From contig OZ246395.1 of the NCBI GenBank assembly GCA_965230915.1, forward strand, positions 472,935 through 536,934: DNA of 64,000 nt. The letters are read 5' to 3'. This document shows positions 1 through 9,817 of this stretch, piece by piece (within the stretch, counting starts at the first letter, position 1; every line of letters begins with the position of its first letter). The notes under the pieces are model-generated. The model was not told the DNA's origin. It worked only from the letters and a program-made list of their open reading frames with translations, and did no database searches. The translations under genes and the position numbers were made by a program. This DNA comes from an uncultured Candidatus Saccharibacteria bacterium. Lineage in GTDB: Bacteria; Patescibacteriota; WWE3; 2-01-FULL-39-13.

Positions 1-43
1 GGCAGTTCTCTCATATATGTTCTTTTGGAGTATATCTCAAATC

Positions 44-130
44 TGGTCCAGAGGGTAGGATTTGAACCTACGTAGGGATAGACCCGTCAGATTTACAGTC
101 TGATGCGATTGACCGCTCCGCCACCTCTGG
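44..130 (-). tRNA. tRNA-Tyr(GTA), long variable arm, C1:G72
   Basis: Reverse complement CCAGAGG...TCAGA-CTGTAAA-TCTGA...GTTCAAAT...CCTCTGG-A-CCA. Confidence 0.96.
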
Positions 131-264
131 GTAGTTAGAACAGCAAATATTTTATCAGATTTTATCGACTTTTCCGATAAACACTTTCAATGCTCTTATT
201 AGTGTCCTGAGACTAGCTATATAAAGGGGTTTTAGCAATTCCTTTTATGCTAGAATGGACTGGT

Positions 265-2580
265 ATGAAAAAACTCGTTTCCAATGCTAGGTATGGAAAA
301 AGGGTTGGAATCCCAACAAAATTACCCAAATTGTCTGGCGACTTTTCAGAAAAGGTACTATATATAATAGCCGTGATTTCGGGGCTAGGCCTTTTTGCCA
401 GTATTGTTGGAGCCATAGGATTAATCTTCGTTTTTACAGCTTTTTCGAGTACTCTACCCTCTCCTGGGAAGCTAACTAACCGTTCAATTGAACAATCAAC
501 CAAGATATATGATCGTAATGGAGAACTATTATATTCAGTATTCGATGCTAAAAACCGTACTCTAGTTACGCTAAGTCAGGTTTCTCCATATTTAATTCAT
601 GCAACACTTGCGACTGAAGATGGAGATTTTTACTATCACCAAGGTATCGATCCACTAGGAACGGCCCGCGGAATTCTTGTAACAATTACTACACGCGGTA
701 AACAAGGAGGTTCTACTTTAACTCAACAGGTTGCAAAAAATGCGCTTCTTACTCAAGATCGAACTATCACACGTAAGATTAAAGATATTGTGCTCGCTCT
801 TCAGATCGAAAAGAAGTACTCCAAAGATGAAATTTTACAGATGTATTTGAACGAAGTTCCATATGGAGGAACAACCTGGGGAGTCGAAGCTGCATCAAAA
901 ACTTACTTTGGTAAAAGTGCTGCAGATTTAACTTTAGCTGAATCAGCTTTAATTGCAGGTTTGCCACAGTCTCCGACTAGATATTCACCTTTTAGAGATC
1001 CAGAAGCCGCAAAAGACCGTCAAAAATATGTTTTATATTTAATGCACACTCGTGGTTGGGTTTCTCCGGATGGATCAAGACAATATATTTCCGACGAAGA
1101 ATATAACAAAGCTATCGAAGAGCCATTAAATTATGCGAGTTTTAACGGTACCTTTAGAGCTCCTCATTTTGTAATGTATGTTTTGAATTTACTTCGAGAA
1201 AGATATGGCGATGCAATGGTTGAAAGTGGAGGATTACAAGTAAAAACTTCTTTAGACTTAAAAATATATGATGAATATCAAAACATTGTTAAAGAAGAAG
1301 TCGAAAAAGCAAAAAATCTTGATGTTTCAAACGCGGGCTTAGTTGCAATCGATCCAAAAACACGTGAAATTTTAGCAATGGTGGGATCTGTTGATTATTT
1401 TAGTGAAGATATTGATGGACAATTTAATGTAGCTTTAGGAAAGCGTCAGCCAGGATCTACGTTAAAGCCAATAACTTACTTAACGGGATTTTTACAAGGT
1501 TATACAGCTTCTACAGTTATGTATGATGTATACACTCAATTTGATGGCGGCGCAGGTCAAGCGCCTTATGACCCGCAAAACTATGGCGGATGGGGTTTTA
1601 GAGGACCAATACAGGTTCGATATGCTTTAGCGAACTCTGTTAACGTTACAGCGGTAAAAATGCTAGATCTTGTAGGGATTCAAAATATGGTTAACTTGGC
1701 AAACAATTTAGGGGTTAAATCCTTGTACTACGATCCTTCAAAGCATGGATTGGCCTTAACACTTGGTGGAGGCGAAGTCACCTTATTAGACTTAACAAGC
1801 GGATACGCATCACTTGCTGCTGAAGGTGTTTATAAAGATTCTGTTGCTGTTTTAGAAGTAAAAGATGGGTCAGGAAAAGTTTTAGAACATCACCAAGATT
1901 CTGAGGGTAAAAGAGTTGTTGATCCAAGATATGTTTATGTAATTAGCACTATTTTGTCAGACAATAACGCTCGCGCTGCGGCTTTTGGTACTGGATCACA
2001 GCTTTACATTCCAAATAATAAAGTAGCAGTAAAAACTGGAACTTCAAATGACCTTAAAGACAACTGGACAGTTGGTTATACAGATGAAATCGCAATTGGG
2101 GTTTGGGTTGGAAATAACGATGGTAAACAAATGAATAATCGTTTGGCATCCGGCTTAACTGGAGCTGCACCAATTTGGCATCGTGCTATAGTTTCATTTT
2201 TAACAGAGCATCCACATAAAGAATTTAAACAGCCAGAAGGCATAAAGGAAGTTATGGTAGGAACTCTATCTGGAATGCTTCCATATGAAGATAAAGAAGA
2301 ACAACGTCTTGAATATTTTGTTGAAGGTACAGAACCTAAAACAAAATCAGATATGTTCCAACGAGTAAAAATCTGTGATGATGGAGATGTTGAAGACAAA
2401 CTTTATATCGAATACAAAGCTGAAAAGCCAGAGTGGCAGAAATATGTTGATGCTTGGATCGATGATAAATATAAAGATAACGATGATGAAAGGTATAAAT
2501 ATCGTGGTCCAGAAGTTGAAAAGAAGGATAAACCAGACAAATTTGATACCGATAACTGTGAAGAAGATGACGATGATTAG
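265..2580 (+). CDS. Class A penicillin-binding protein (transglycosylase/transpeptidase)
   Basis: N-terminal TM, EDxxFyyHxG and GGSTLTQQ GT51 motifs, SxxK (GSTLKP), SxN, KTGT; start at 265 preferred because TAGAAT lies 8 nt upstream (ORF track starts at 247). Confidence 0.95.
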   Translation: MKKLVSNARYGKRVGIPTKLPKLSGDFSEKVLYIIAVISGLGLFASIVGAIGLIFVFTAFSSTLPSPGKLTNRSIEQSTKIYDRNGELLYSVFDAKNRTLVTLSQVSPYLIHATLATEDGDFYYHQGIDPLGTARGILVTITTRGKQGGSTLTQQVAKNALLTQDRTITRKIKDIVLALQIEKKYSKDEILQMYLNEVPYGGTTWGVEAASKTYFGKSAADLTLAESALIAGLPQSPTRYSPFRDPEAAKDRQKYVLYLMHTRGWVSPDGSRQYISDEEYNKAIEEPLNYASFNGTFRAPHFVMYVLNLLRERYGDAMVESGGLQVKTSLDLKIYDEYQNIVKEEVEKAKNLDVSNAGLVAIDPKTREILAMVGSVDYFSEDIDGQFNVALGKRQPGSTLKPITYLTGFLQGYTASTVMYDVYTQFDGGAGQAPYDPQNYGGWGFRGPIQVRYALANSVNVTAVKMLDLVGIQNMVNLANNLGVKSLYYDPSKHGLALTLGGGEVTLLDLTSGYASLAAEGVYKDSVAVLEVKDGSGKVLEHHQDSEGKRVVDPRYVYVISTILSDNNARAAAFGTGSQLYIPNNKVAVKTGTSNDLKDNWTVGYTDEIAIGVWVGNNDGKQMNNRLASGLTGAAPIWHRAIVSFLTEHPHKEFKQPEGIKEVMVGTLSGMLPYEDKEEQRLEYFVEGTEPKTKSDMFQRVKICDDGDVEDKLYIEYKAEKPEWQKYVDAWIDDKYKDNDDERYKYRGPEVEKKDKPDKFDTDNCEEDDDD

Positions 2581-2597
2581 AAATTGAAAAATAAAAT

Positions 2598-4562
2598 TTA
2601 ACTTCTAAGCTTTGCTCCTACCCTCTTTAGAGTACCTAGCATATCATTTTTGATTTCTTCTATATTCTCACGTGTTAATTTATTTTCAGCATCTTCGAAT
2701 AATATTTGAAAGGTAGTAGAAATTTTATCTGCTCCTAATTTAGCATCTTCATAAACATCTTTTACTTCAACTTGCTTAATGTAGTCGCTCGCTGCACTCA
2801 TAATTGCTGCTACTCTTCCTAATGGTTCTTTTTGGTCAATAACTAGCGAAACTTCTTCTAAAATTCTTTGTGTAAGACCAGTTTGAAAGCTAAGGGATGG
2901 AATTTCTTGAACGCTGACAACTTCTAAAAGATTTTCTGTGAATAGTTCATAACCGCTTGAGGAAAGTTTAGCGATTGTCTGATCATTTATTGCATATACT
3001 AGCTTTTTATCTGATTCTTTCCACTGTAATTTATTTACGATTCCAAGTTTGGTCATCAAAGCTGTAAAGTCGGCTTTTACAATTGCAAAGTCATATCCAG
3101 AGTATAAAGTTTGAATTCTACGCTCTTCTAGGAATTCTCCTATTCGCTTTTTGTAATAGATCTTTCCGACTTCAAATACTGCAACCTGTTCACGGCCTGC
3201 CTTTTTATTAAAATCAACGACGTCTAGTAAAGTCAATTTTATACTCGTACGCAACGCATTTTGATATTTATTTAATGGATTTTCTAAGAGTATTTGTTCT
3301 GAATCTTTCTCATTATAAGTAACAAGCGGGCTTGTAATGTATTCATCAAGTCCCATATTTACTAAAATATCTCTGATTTTTTCTTCAAGCAATAAATATT
3401 GTGGAGTCGAAAAATCTGGTGCTGCCGACATTAGTGGGGTTAATGGAATATTTTCGTATCCCCATAGCCTTAGGACTTCTTCCACCAAGTCAGCTTCTAG
3501 TTTAACGTCGGTTCTCCAATCGGGAACACGAATTGTTAGTAAACTTTTATCGAGCCCGATAGCTTCTTTTTGCTCTAATACAATAAACCCGAGCCGCTCT
3601 AATAATAGTCGAGCATCTTGAATTGTAACCTGAACTCCACCCAATCTCTCAATTTCAAAGACGTTAAATTCGATAACAGTTGGCTCTTCTAACTTTTCAT
3701 AAAAGTCTTCTATCTTTACAATTTTGCCATCTGCTAATGCATTTATTAATTGCAAAGCTCGCTTTATAGCAACTTCAACCATATTAGGATTCAAGAATTT
3801 TTCATGTCTTGTAGACGCATCAGTTCTAATATTATGACGCAGTGATGTTCTTCTAATCGTTCCTTGGTCATAAACTGCAGATTCTAAAATAATATTTTTT
3901 GTGGTGTTGTCGATATCAGAGTTTGCTCCACCGATAACCCCAGCTATTGCGACTGGCTTTTGTGTATCAGCTACAACTAGATCTTCCTTTGTTAATTCAA
4001 TTTTAGTTTTTTGCCAGGTTTCGAATGTTTCACCTTCGGTAGCTCTTCTAATTGTTAATAATGTCGATCCTTTTTCTGCAGCTAATTTATCGCGGTCAAA
4101 TGCATGTAGTGGAAGCCCATATTCAAGCATTACATAATTTGTTATGTCGACAATATTATTAATTGATGGAATTCCGTAAAGCTCCAAATCTTTTACCATC
4201 CAGTCAGGAGATTTCTCGACTTTTACGTCTTCGATTTCGACTGTGCAGAATCTTTTTGTAATATCTTTTGCTGTAACTGAAAGATTTTTTTCCGGTTCCG
4301 TCCAATCAACTGGAATTTCATCTAAACTTTCAGGATAAGTAACTGGTTTATCGATGTATGCAGCATATTCCCGTGCGGCGCCAATTATTGAAAGCATGTC
4401 TGGTCGATTTGATTTTGTATCAAAGTCGAAAATACTTTCGCCTTGAACTTCTTCAACCTTACCTTCGGGCATAAAACCTAATAAAGTCATTATGTTAGAA
4501 AATTCTTTCGGATTGTGTTCTAGTTTTACGTATTTTGATAGCCAGCTTAATGGTATTTTCAT
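2598..4562 (-). CDS. pheT: Phenylalanine--tRNA ligase beta subunit (short form lacking the OB/B2 domain)
   Basis: MKIPLSWL start, NRPD, NNIVDITNYVMLEYGLPLHAFD, DLVEEVLR; adjacent to pheS. Confidence 0.96.
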   Translation of the reverse strand: MKIPLSWLSKYVKLEHNPKEFSNIMTLLGFMPEGKVEEVQGESIFDFDTKSNRPDMLSIIGAAREYAAYIDKPVTYPESLDEIPVDWTEPEKNLSVTAKDITKRFCTVEIEDVKVEKSPDWMVKDLELYGIPSINNIVDITNYVMLEYGLPLHAFDRDKLAAEKGSTLLTIRRATEGETFETWQKTKIELTKEDLVVADTQKPVAIAGVIGGANSDIDNTTKNIILESAVYDQGTIRRTSLRHNIRTDASTRHEKFLNPNMVEVAIKRALQLINALADGKIVKIEDFYEKLEEPTVIEFNVFEIERLGGVQVTIQDARLLLERLGFIVLEQKEAIGLDKSLLTIRVPDWRTDVKLEADLVEEVLRLWGYENIPLTPLMSAAPDFSTPQYLLLEEKIRDILVNMGLDEYITSPLVTYNEKDSEQILLENPLNKYQNALRTSIKLTLLDVVDFNKKAGREQVAVFEVGKIYYKKRIGEFLEERRIQTLYSGYDFAIVKADFTALMTKLGIVNKLQWKESDKKLVYAINDQTIAKLSSSGYELFTENLLEVVSVQEIPSLSFQTGLTQRILEEVSLVIDQKEPLGRVAAIMSAASDYIKQVEVKDVYEDAKLGADKISTTFQILFEDAENKLTRENIEEIKNDMLGTLKRVGAKLRS

Positions 4563-4568
4563 TTTGTT

Positions 4569-5573
4569 TTAGCGATAAACTATGTTGCCGTTAGTAAGTA
4601 AACGTAAGTCGCGAATTTTAAATCGTTGCATTGCAATACGGTCTAGTCCCCAGCCGAATGCGAATCCTGAATAAATATCTGGGTCAATTCCTGCGGCTTT
4701 TAAAGTATTTGGGTGAATCATCCCTCCTCCTGCAATCTCGATCCAACCTCTATATTTGCAAATTTCACAGCCTTCACCTTTACAGAAAGTACACAAAACA
4801 TCTGGACTCATACCAGGTTCAACTTCCGGATAATATTTTGCCCGAAATCTAATTTGTGTGTCTTCTCCTAAAATATGTTTTAGAGATTTAGTAAAAATCC
4901 ATTTTAAATTTCCGAGGTTTAAGTCTTTGTCGACGCAAACCCCCTGAAATTGGTGGAACATCGCGCCATTACTTTTGCTGACTGTTTCATTTCTGAAGAC
5001 TTTTCCACCAAATACGAACCTAATTGGAGGATCTTGTTTTTCTAATTCGCGAGCTTCTACGCTAGAAGTTTGAGTTCGCAACAAGAATTCAGGTTCCATC
5101 AAATAAAAAGTATCCTGCATTTCCCGTGCAGGGTGGTCTTTTGGAACGCCCATTATTTCAAAGTTATGTTTATCATCCTCGATTTCTGGTCCGTCATGAA
5201 CTGAAAATCCATAATAATGAAAGAATTGATACAAATCTCGTGTAACAATGGTAATAGGGTTTAAATTGCCAGTTTTTGTAGGGGCAACTGGAACGGTTAG
5301 ATCAATGTTTTGATCTTCATCTTGTTTTTTGGCTGCTTTTTCTCGAAGTTCGACAATTTCTTCTTCTATTTTGGCTTTAATTTCATTTAATTCCTTGGCA
5401 GCCTTAACTTTTGCTTCGTCAGCTAAATGTACAATATTTTTAAATTGGGAGTTAATTTCACCTTTTTTACCGAGATATTTTAGGTATACGGCATCCAGGT
5501 CTAGATTTTTTAAATCTTCTGTGTATTTTTTTCTGAGATCTTTTATGTTCTTTAATATATCTTCGTGTTCCAT
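4569..5573 (-). CDS. pheS: Phenylalanine--tRNA ligase alpha subunit
   Basis: HPAREMQDTFY, LLRTQTS, FHQ, GFAFGWGLDRIAM. Confidence 0.97.
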   Translation of the reverse strand: MEHEDILKNIKDLRKKYTEDLKNLDLDAVYLKYLGKKGEINSQFKNIVHLADEAKVKAAKELNEIKAKIEEEIVELREKAAKKQDEDQNIDLTVPVAPTKTGNLNPITIVTRDLYQFFHYYGFSVHDGPEIEDDKHNFEIMGVPKDHPAREMQDTFYLMEPEFLLRTQTSSVEARELEKQDPPIRFVFGGKVFRNETVSKSNGAMFHQFQGVCVDKDLNLGNLKWIFTKSLKHILGEDTQIRFRAKYYPEVEPGMSPDVLCTFCKGEGCEICKYRGWIEIAGGGMIHPNTLKAAGIDPDIYSGFAFGWGLDRIAMQRFKIRDLRLLTNGNIVYR

Positions 5574-5615
5574 GAAGACAAAAGAAGCGATTTATGGCAG
5601 GTTATAATTTTCAGC

Positions 5616-5966
5616 TTATTTGGAGCTGACTTTTTCCACGATAGCCTTAAATGCTTCTGGTTGATTAACAGCTAATTCTGATAAAACTTTTCTATCAATA
5701 TCTAGTTTACTCGAATTTAAGTCTTTAATAAATTGTGAATATCTAATGCCCAGTGGACTTAGAGCGGCATTAATTCGGATAATCCAAAGTGATCTCATGT
5801 CGCGTTTTTTAAGTTTTCTTCCTGCAAAGGCATGTTCGCCAGCTCTAATGAAAGCCTGATATGCATTTCTGAATAGCTTACTTCTTGATCCTGAATATCC
5901 TTTTGTAGCTTCTAATATTTTTTTGTGTCTGCGTCTTCTTACTACGCCTGTTTTTACTCTTGGCAT
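5616..5966 (-). CDS. rplT: 50S ribosomal protein L20
   Basis: MPRVKTG, RSLWIIRINAA, DRKVLSELAV. Confidence 0.98.
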   Translation of the reverse strand: MPRVKTGVVRRRRHKKILEATKGYSGSRSKLFRNAYQAFIRAGEHAFAGRKLKKRDMRSLWIIRINAALSPLGIRYSQFIKDLNSSKLDIDRKVLSELAVNQPEAFKAIVEKVSSK

Positions 5967-5971
5967 GTTAT

Positions 5972-6172
5972 TTATTTGGATTTAATTATGAAACTCTTAA
6001 TTTTCTTTCTAAAACCTTTTCCGACAGTTTGTGGCTTTTTTTTGCGATTTCTGTTGTCAGAATCATGCTTTCTAGCCAAATGCGTTGTCGCACTGTGTTT
6101 TCTTTTTAATTTTCCTGTTTTTGTTACTTTAAATCTCTTTACTGCAACTTTTCTTGATTTCTGTTTTGGCAT
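5972..6172 (-). CDS. rpmI: 50S ribosomal protein L35
   Basis: MPKQKS, KRFKVTKTGK; lies between infC and rplT. Confidence 0.95.
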   Translation of the reverse strand: MPKQKSRKVAVKRFKVTKTGKLKRKHSATTHLARKHDSDNRNRKKKPQTVGKGFRKKIKSFIIKSK

Positions 6173-6186
6173 TTTTCGTGTTTAAA

Positions 6187-6699
6187 CTAACTACCTTTGC
6201 CAGATGGGGCTAAGGTCATACTCATTATATTACCTAATAATTGGGCCGGTTTCTCTACTCTTGAAACGTCAGATAGCTCAGATTGGATAATCTTTAGCTT
6301 GGTTTCACCGAGTTCGGGGAATAATTTAGCTCTACCTTTAAATTTCACTGTATATTTTACCACATTTCCTTCTAATAGGAACTTTCTTCCCCGATCAATT
6401 CTAAGTTTAAGGTCTCCCTCTCCTGTGGTTGGCCCAAGTTGGAACTCTTTTAGTTCGGTTTTTTTTGCTTTTCCCTGCTTACTTTTGGTCTTTTGTTCGT
6501 ATAAGTACTTGTTATAGTCCATGATACGGCAAACGGGAGGATTCGCTCCTCCTGATACTTCAACCAGTTCTAAATTGGCTTCTTGAGCGATTCTAATGGC
6601 ATCCTGAAGCTTTATTACCCCAAGGTTATTGCCGTTATGATCTATAACTTGAACCTCATTAGCTCTTATCTGGTTATTTATTCTGTGTTTAATGTCTAT
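6187..6699 (-). CDS. infC: Translation initiation factor IF-3, non-AUG start (ATC 6702, ATA 6699 or ATT 6693)
   Basis: Frame stays open upstream of the 111-aa ORF (RINNQIRANEVQVID...PPVCRIMDYNKYLYE); an in-frame TAA at 6703-6705 directly precedes ATC-ATA-GAC-ATT. Confidence 0.93.
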   Translation of the reverse strand: MDIKHRINNQIRANEVQVIDHNGNNLGVIKLQDAIRIAQEANLELVEVSGGANPPVCRIMDYNKYLYEQKTKSKQGKAKKTELKEFQLGPTTGEGDLKLRIDRGRKFLLEGNVVKYTVKFKGRAKLFPELGETKLKIIQSELSDVSRVEKPAQLLGNIMSMTLAPSGKGS

Positions 6700-6710
6700 G
6701 ATTTATAAGC

Positions 6711-6753
6711 TATGGCTTTTCAGGACGAAATGATTTCCGTCTGAGAAGCCATA
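6711..6753 (-). promoter_or_regulatory. Long hairpin between thrS and infC (candidate regulatory leader of infC-rpmI-rplT)
   Basis: TATGGCTTCTCAGACG...CGTCCTGAAAAGCCATA with no U-tract. Confidence 0.5.
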
Positions 6754-6766
6754 AACTTGAATTAGT

Positions 6767-8554
6767 TTACTTACTTTGCTCTTCTGTTGTAATAGCTTTT
6801 GAAATTATATTATGTTTAATTTCTTCAGTAAAGACGGCCAAATCTACGAGATTGGCTTGTCTTCCATCGCGGTATCTAATAGAGACAGTTCCACCTTCTT
6901 CTTCTTTTCCACCAACAATAAGCATATATGGAATTTTCTGCTCTTGAGCTTTTCTTATCTTATTACCCATTGTTTCAGCATTTCCATCAATCTCTAGTCG
7001 AACACCTTCTTTTTTAAGCTGCTGAGCTACTTTCTGAGCATAGTCATTGAACTTGTCAGAGATAGGAATTATCGCTACTTGGACAGGTGCTATCCAAACT
7101 GGAAAAGCTCCGGCGAAATGCTCGATAATTATCCCTATAAAGCGCTCTAAGGATCCATAAATTACACGATGGATAACGACAGGTGTTTTCTCGGTTCCAT
7201 CGGCTGCAGCGTATTTAAGACCGAACCTGGCGGGTTGCTGGAAGTCTAACTGAATAGTTCCCATCTGCCATTGGCGTCCGATAGAGTCATTCATTAAAAT
7301 ATCGACTTTTGGGCCGTAAAATGCACCGTCACCTTCTAATATAAAGAAGTCTTTTCCTGACTTTTCTAGTACTTTCTTAAGAGCTTCTTCGGCTTTGTCC
7401 CATGTGGCTGGTTCGCCCATGAATTTTTCAGGACGAGTTCCAAGCCTAAATGAGTATTCAAGTCCAAAAATTGAATAGAATTGCTCGCATAGCTCAAATA
7501 CATGCTGGTATTCGTCTTCTATCATGTCTTCGGTTATGTAGTTATGTGAGTCGTCTTGCTGGAATGACCTGACTCTTAATAATCCATTTAAAGTTCCGGA
7601 TCTTTCGTACCTATGTAATCTATCAGTATCTGAAAGTCTTAAAGGCAGATCCTTATAGCTACGTGTTCTTGATCCAAAAACTAACATTGCATTCGGACAG
7701 TTCATTGGTTTTACTCCATAAACTTCGTTTTCGCCCATATCGGCAATGAACATATCTTCTTTGTAGTGATCCCAATGGCCTGAAGTTACATAAAGATCAG
7801 TCTTGTTTAGAAGAGGACTGACTATTTCTTGATAATTATGTTTTTCGTGTTCGTCTCTCCAATATTTGACCAGCTCGTTATAGAGTTTTAGCCCTTTTGG
7901 TAACCAATAAGGCATACCAGGAGAAGTCTCGTGGAACATGAATAAACCCAGTTCTTTGCCTAGCTTTTTGTGGTCGCGCTTTTTTGCTTCTTCTAAAAGT
8001 GTTAAATATTTGTCTAACTCTTCTTTGGAATCAAATGCTGTGCCATAAACTCGAGTTAACATTTCATTTTTTTCATTTCCGCGCCAATATGCTCCTGCAA
8101 TGCTTAAAATTTTAAAAGCCTTAACTTCGCCAGTTTTATCAACATGAGGACCTGCACAAAGGTCTACGAATACTGATTCGCCTTTGTCCGGGTCGCCAGT
8201 ATAATAAACAGTAATTTGCTCACCATTAGATGTAAATTCGTCGATAAGCTCCTGTTTAAACGGGTTATGCTTAAACATTTCTCGAGCTTTGTCTGCACTT
8301 ACAACTTTTTCAATAAACGGTAGGTTTGCATCTACAATTTCTTGCATTTTAGCCTCTATCTTAGGGAAATCTTCTTCTGAAATTTGTGTTTCCCATCTTG
8401 AATCATTATAAAAGCCATCGTCTATTGCCGGACCTATTGCTCTCATAACTTTTCCCGGGAATAGTTCTTCGATAGCTTGATTAAATATGTGCTCGGCAGA
8501 ATGTCTAACTTTGTGTAAATAGTCGGGGTTATGCCCTTTTTCATTGTTTTTCAT
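6767..8554 (-). CDS. thrS: Threonine--tRNA ligase (lacks N-terminal TGS domain)
   Basis: HSAEH, DLCAGPH, GAYWRG, KPMNCP, HRVIYGSLERF. Confidence 0.98.
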   Translation of the reverse strand: MKNNEKGHNPDYLHKVRHSAEHIFNQAIEELFPGKVMRAIGPAIDDGFYNDSRWETQISEEDFPKIEAKMQEIVDANLPFIEKVVSADKAREMFKHNPFKQELIDEFTSNGEQITVYYTGDPDKGESVFVDLCAGPHVDKTGEVKAFKILSIAGAYWRGNEKNEMLTRVYGTAFDSKEELDKYLTLLEEAKKRDHKKLGKELGLFMFHETSPGMPYWLPKGLKLYNELVKYWRDEHEKHNYQEIVSPLLNKTDLYVTSGHWDHYKEDMFIADMGENEVYGVKPMNCPNAMLVFGSRTRSYKDLPLRLSDTDRLHRYERSGTLNGLLRVRSFQQDDSHNYITEDMIEDEYQHVFELCEQFYSIFGLEYSFRLGTRPEKFMGEPATWDKAEEALKKVLEKSGKDFFILEGDGAFYGPKVDILMNDSIGRQWQMGTIQLDFQQPARFGLKYAAADGTEKTPVVIHRVIYGSLERFIGIIIEHFAGAFPVWIAPVQVAIIPISDKFNDYAQKVAQQLKKEGVRLEIDGNAETMGNKIRKAQEQKIPYMLIVGGKEEEGGTVSIRYRDGRQANLVDLAVFTEEIKHNIISKAITTEEQSK

Positions 8555-8731
8555 ATACTTATTAATAATACTATATAAATGATTGATTTGGTCAGCCTGA
8601 CCATAGGGTTAGGTAGAATAGTTATTACCCCAAAGGGGTTGTTTCCGCAATAAGGCGCATATCGCCCATAGGGTTAAGAACCTGTTTAGAATTTATATAT
8701 AACATGCCTTCATTCATTAAATGAAATGATA

Positions 8732-9805
8732 TCACAAATAGTTTGTATAGCCTCTTTCTTCTAAAAGTTTTAGATAGTCCTTTAAAGCGCCATTATCATT
8801 TCTGTGAAAAATTGCGATCGCGTCTGGGGTATTAACCACTACCATGTCTTTTAAATTAATCGTTGAGATAAGCTTTTTGTCTTCGTAGTTATAAATTATC
8901 GAGTTTTTAGAGTTCATATCGATGACGTTTCCAAGTGTCACATTTGAATCCGACGATGTTTCAAGAGCTTCTTTAAGCATGGTCCATTCACCTACGTCGT
9001 TCCATCCCATTTCAACCGACATAACTTGGGCTTCATCTTTTGATAGATTCTCTGAAAAGATTTTGTCGAATCCGATTTTTGGGAGATTTATATAGGATGC
9101 CATTGCCTCTTGTGAAAAATTTGATTGTACAATTTTTTGGATTCCTTCGAATATTTCGGGAGAATACTTCTGATATTTTTCTAAAATCTTATTGGGATTC
9201 ATTACCATATACCCTGGGTTCCAGAGGTAGCTTTTTGATTCTAAATATTGCTCGGCAACCTCGGCAGTTGGTTTTTCGACGAATTTTTCGAATTCATACA
9301 AGATTACATTAGGCTTTATTTCTTGAAGTTTTTGACCAAAATGAATGTAGCCTAGTGATGGCGATGGATAACGTGCTGGGACTCCGATAACTATTGTTTT
9401 GCCATTTTGTTCCGCTAACTTCCCTGCTTCGTATAAAGCGTCGGCAAAAATTTTGGGCTCTTTAACATAGTGATCTGACCATTGAATACTTATAACTTCG
9501 TCTGGAAATTTAGACTGAACATACGAAACAGCTAAAGCTACTGCCGCGCCGTTATCGATCATTGCAGGTTCGAAAATGAAGTTCTCTTTAGGCAGTTCAT
9601 ATAAAATTTCTTCGACTTCAGTTTTGTATTGTGAGCCGGTGCTTAAAAAAATATCTTCGGCTTTAAATTTTAAACGTAAATAATCGTACTTAAGTTTTAT
9701 TAAAGGTTTATTGTCTATAACTGACTGAAATTGTTTCGGGGATTTTTTACGGCTTACTGGCCAGAAGCGTTTTCCTGTTCCGCCTGCGAAAATAATGATC
9801 TTCAT
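8732..9805 (-). CDS. manC: Mannose-1-phosphate guanylyltransferase
   Basis: AGGTGKRFWPVSR...PKQF, FVEKP, WNDVGEW. Confidence 0.88.
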   Translation of the reverse strand: MKIIIFAGGTGKRFWPVSRKKSPKQFQSVIDNKPLIKLKYDYLRLKFKAEDIFLSTGSQYKTEVEEILYELPKENFIFEPAMIDNGAAVALAVSYVQSKFPDEVISIQWSDHYVKEPKIFADALYEAGKLAEQNGKTIVIGVPARYPSPSLGYIHFGQKLQEIKPNVILYEFEKFVEKPTAEVAEQYLESKSYLWNPGYMVMNPNKILEKYQKYSPEIFEGIQKIVQSNFSQEAMASYINLPKIGFDKIFSENLSKDEAQVMSVEMGWNDVGEWTMLKEALETSSDSNVTLGNVIDMNSKNSIIYNYEDKKLISTINLKDMVVVNTPDAIAIFHRNDNGALKDYLKLLEERGYTNYL

Positions 9806-9817
9806 ATTATTCGCATC

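Noticed and set aside
231-253. TTAGCA-N10-TGCTAG as CIRCE
   Set aside because: Wrong spacing (CIRCE needs N15 between these hexamers) and it sits at a PBP promoter
8555-8731. T-box riboswitch upstream of thrS
   Set aside because: No T-box (GGTGG-ACC) consensus and no terminator/antiterminator pair
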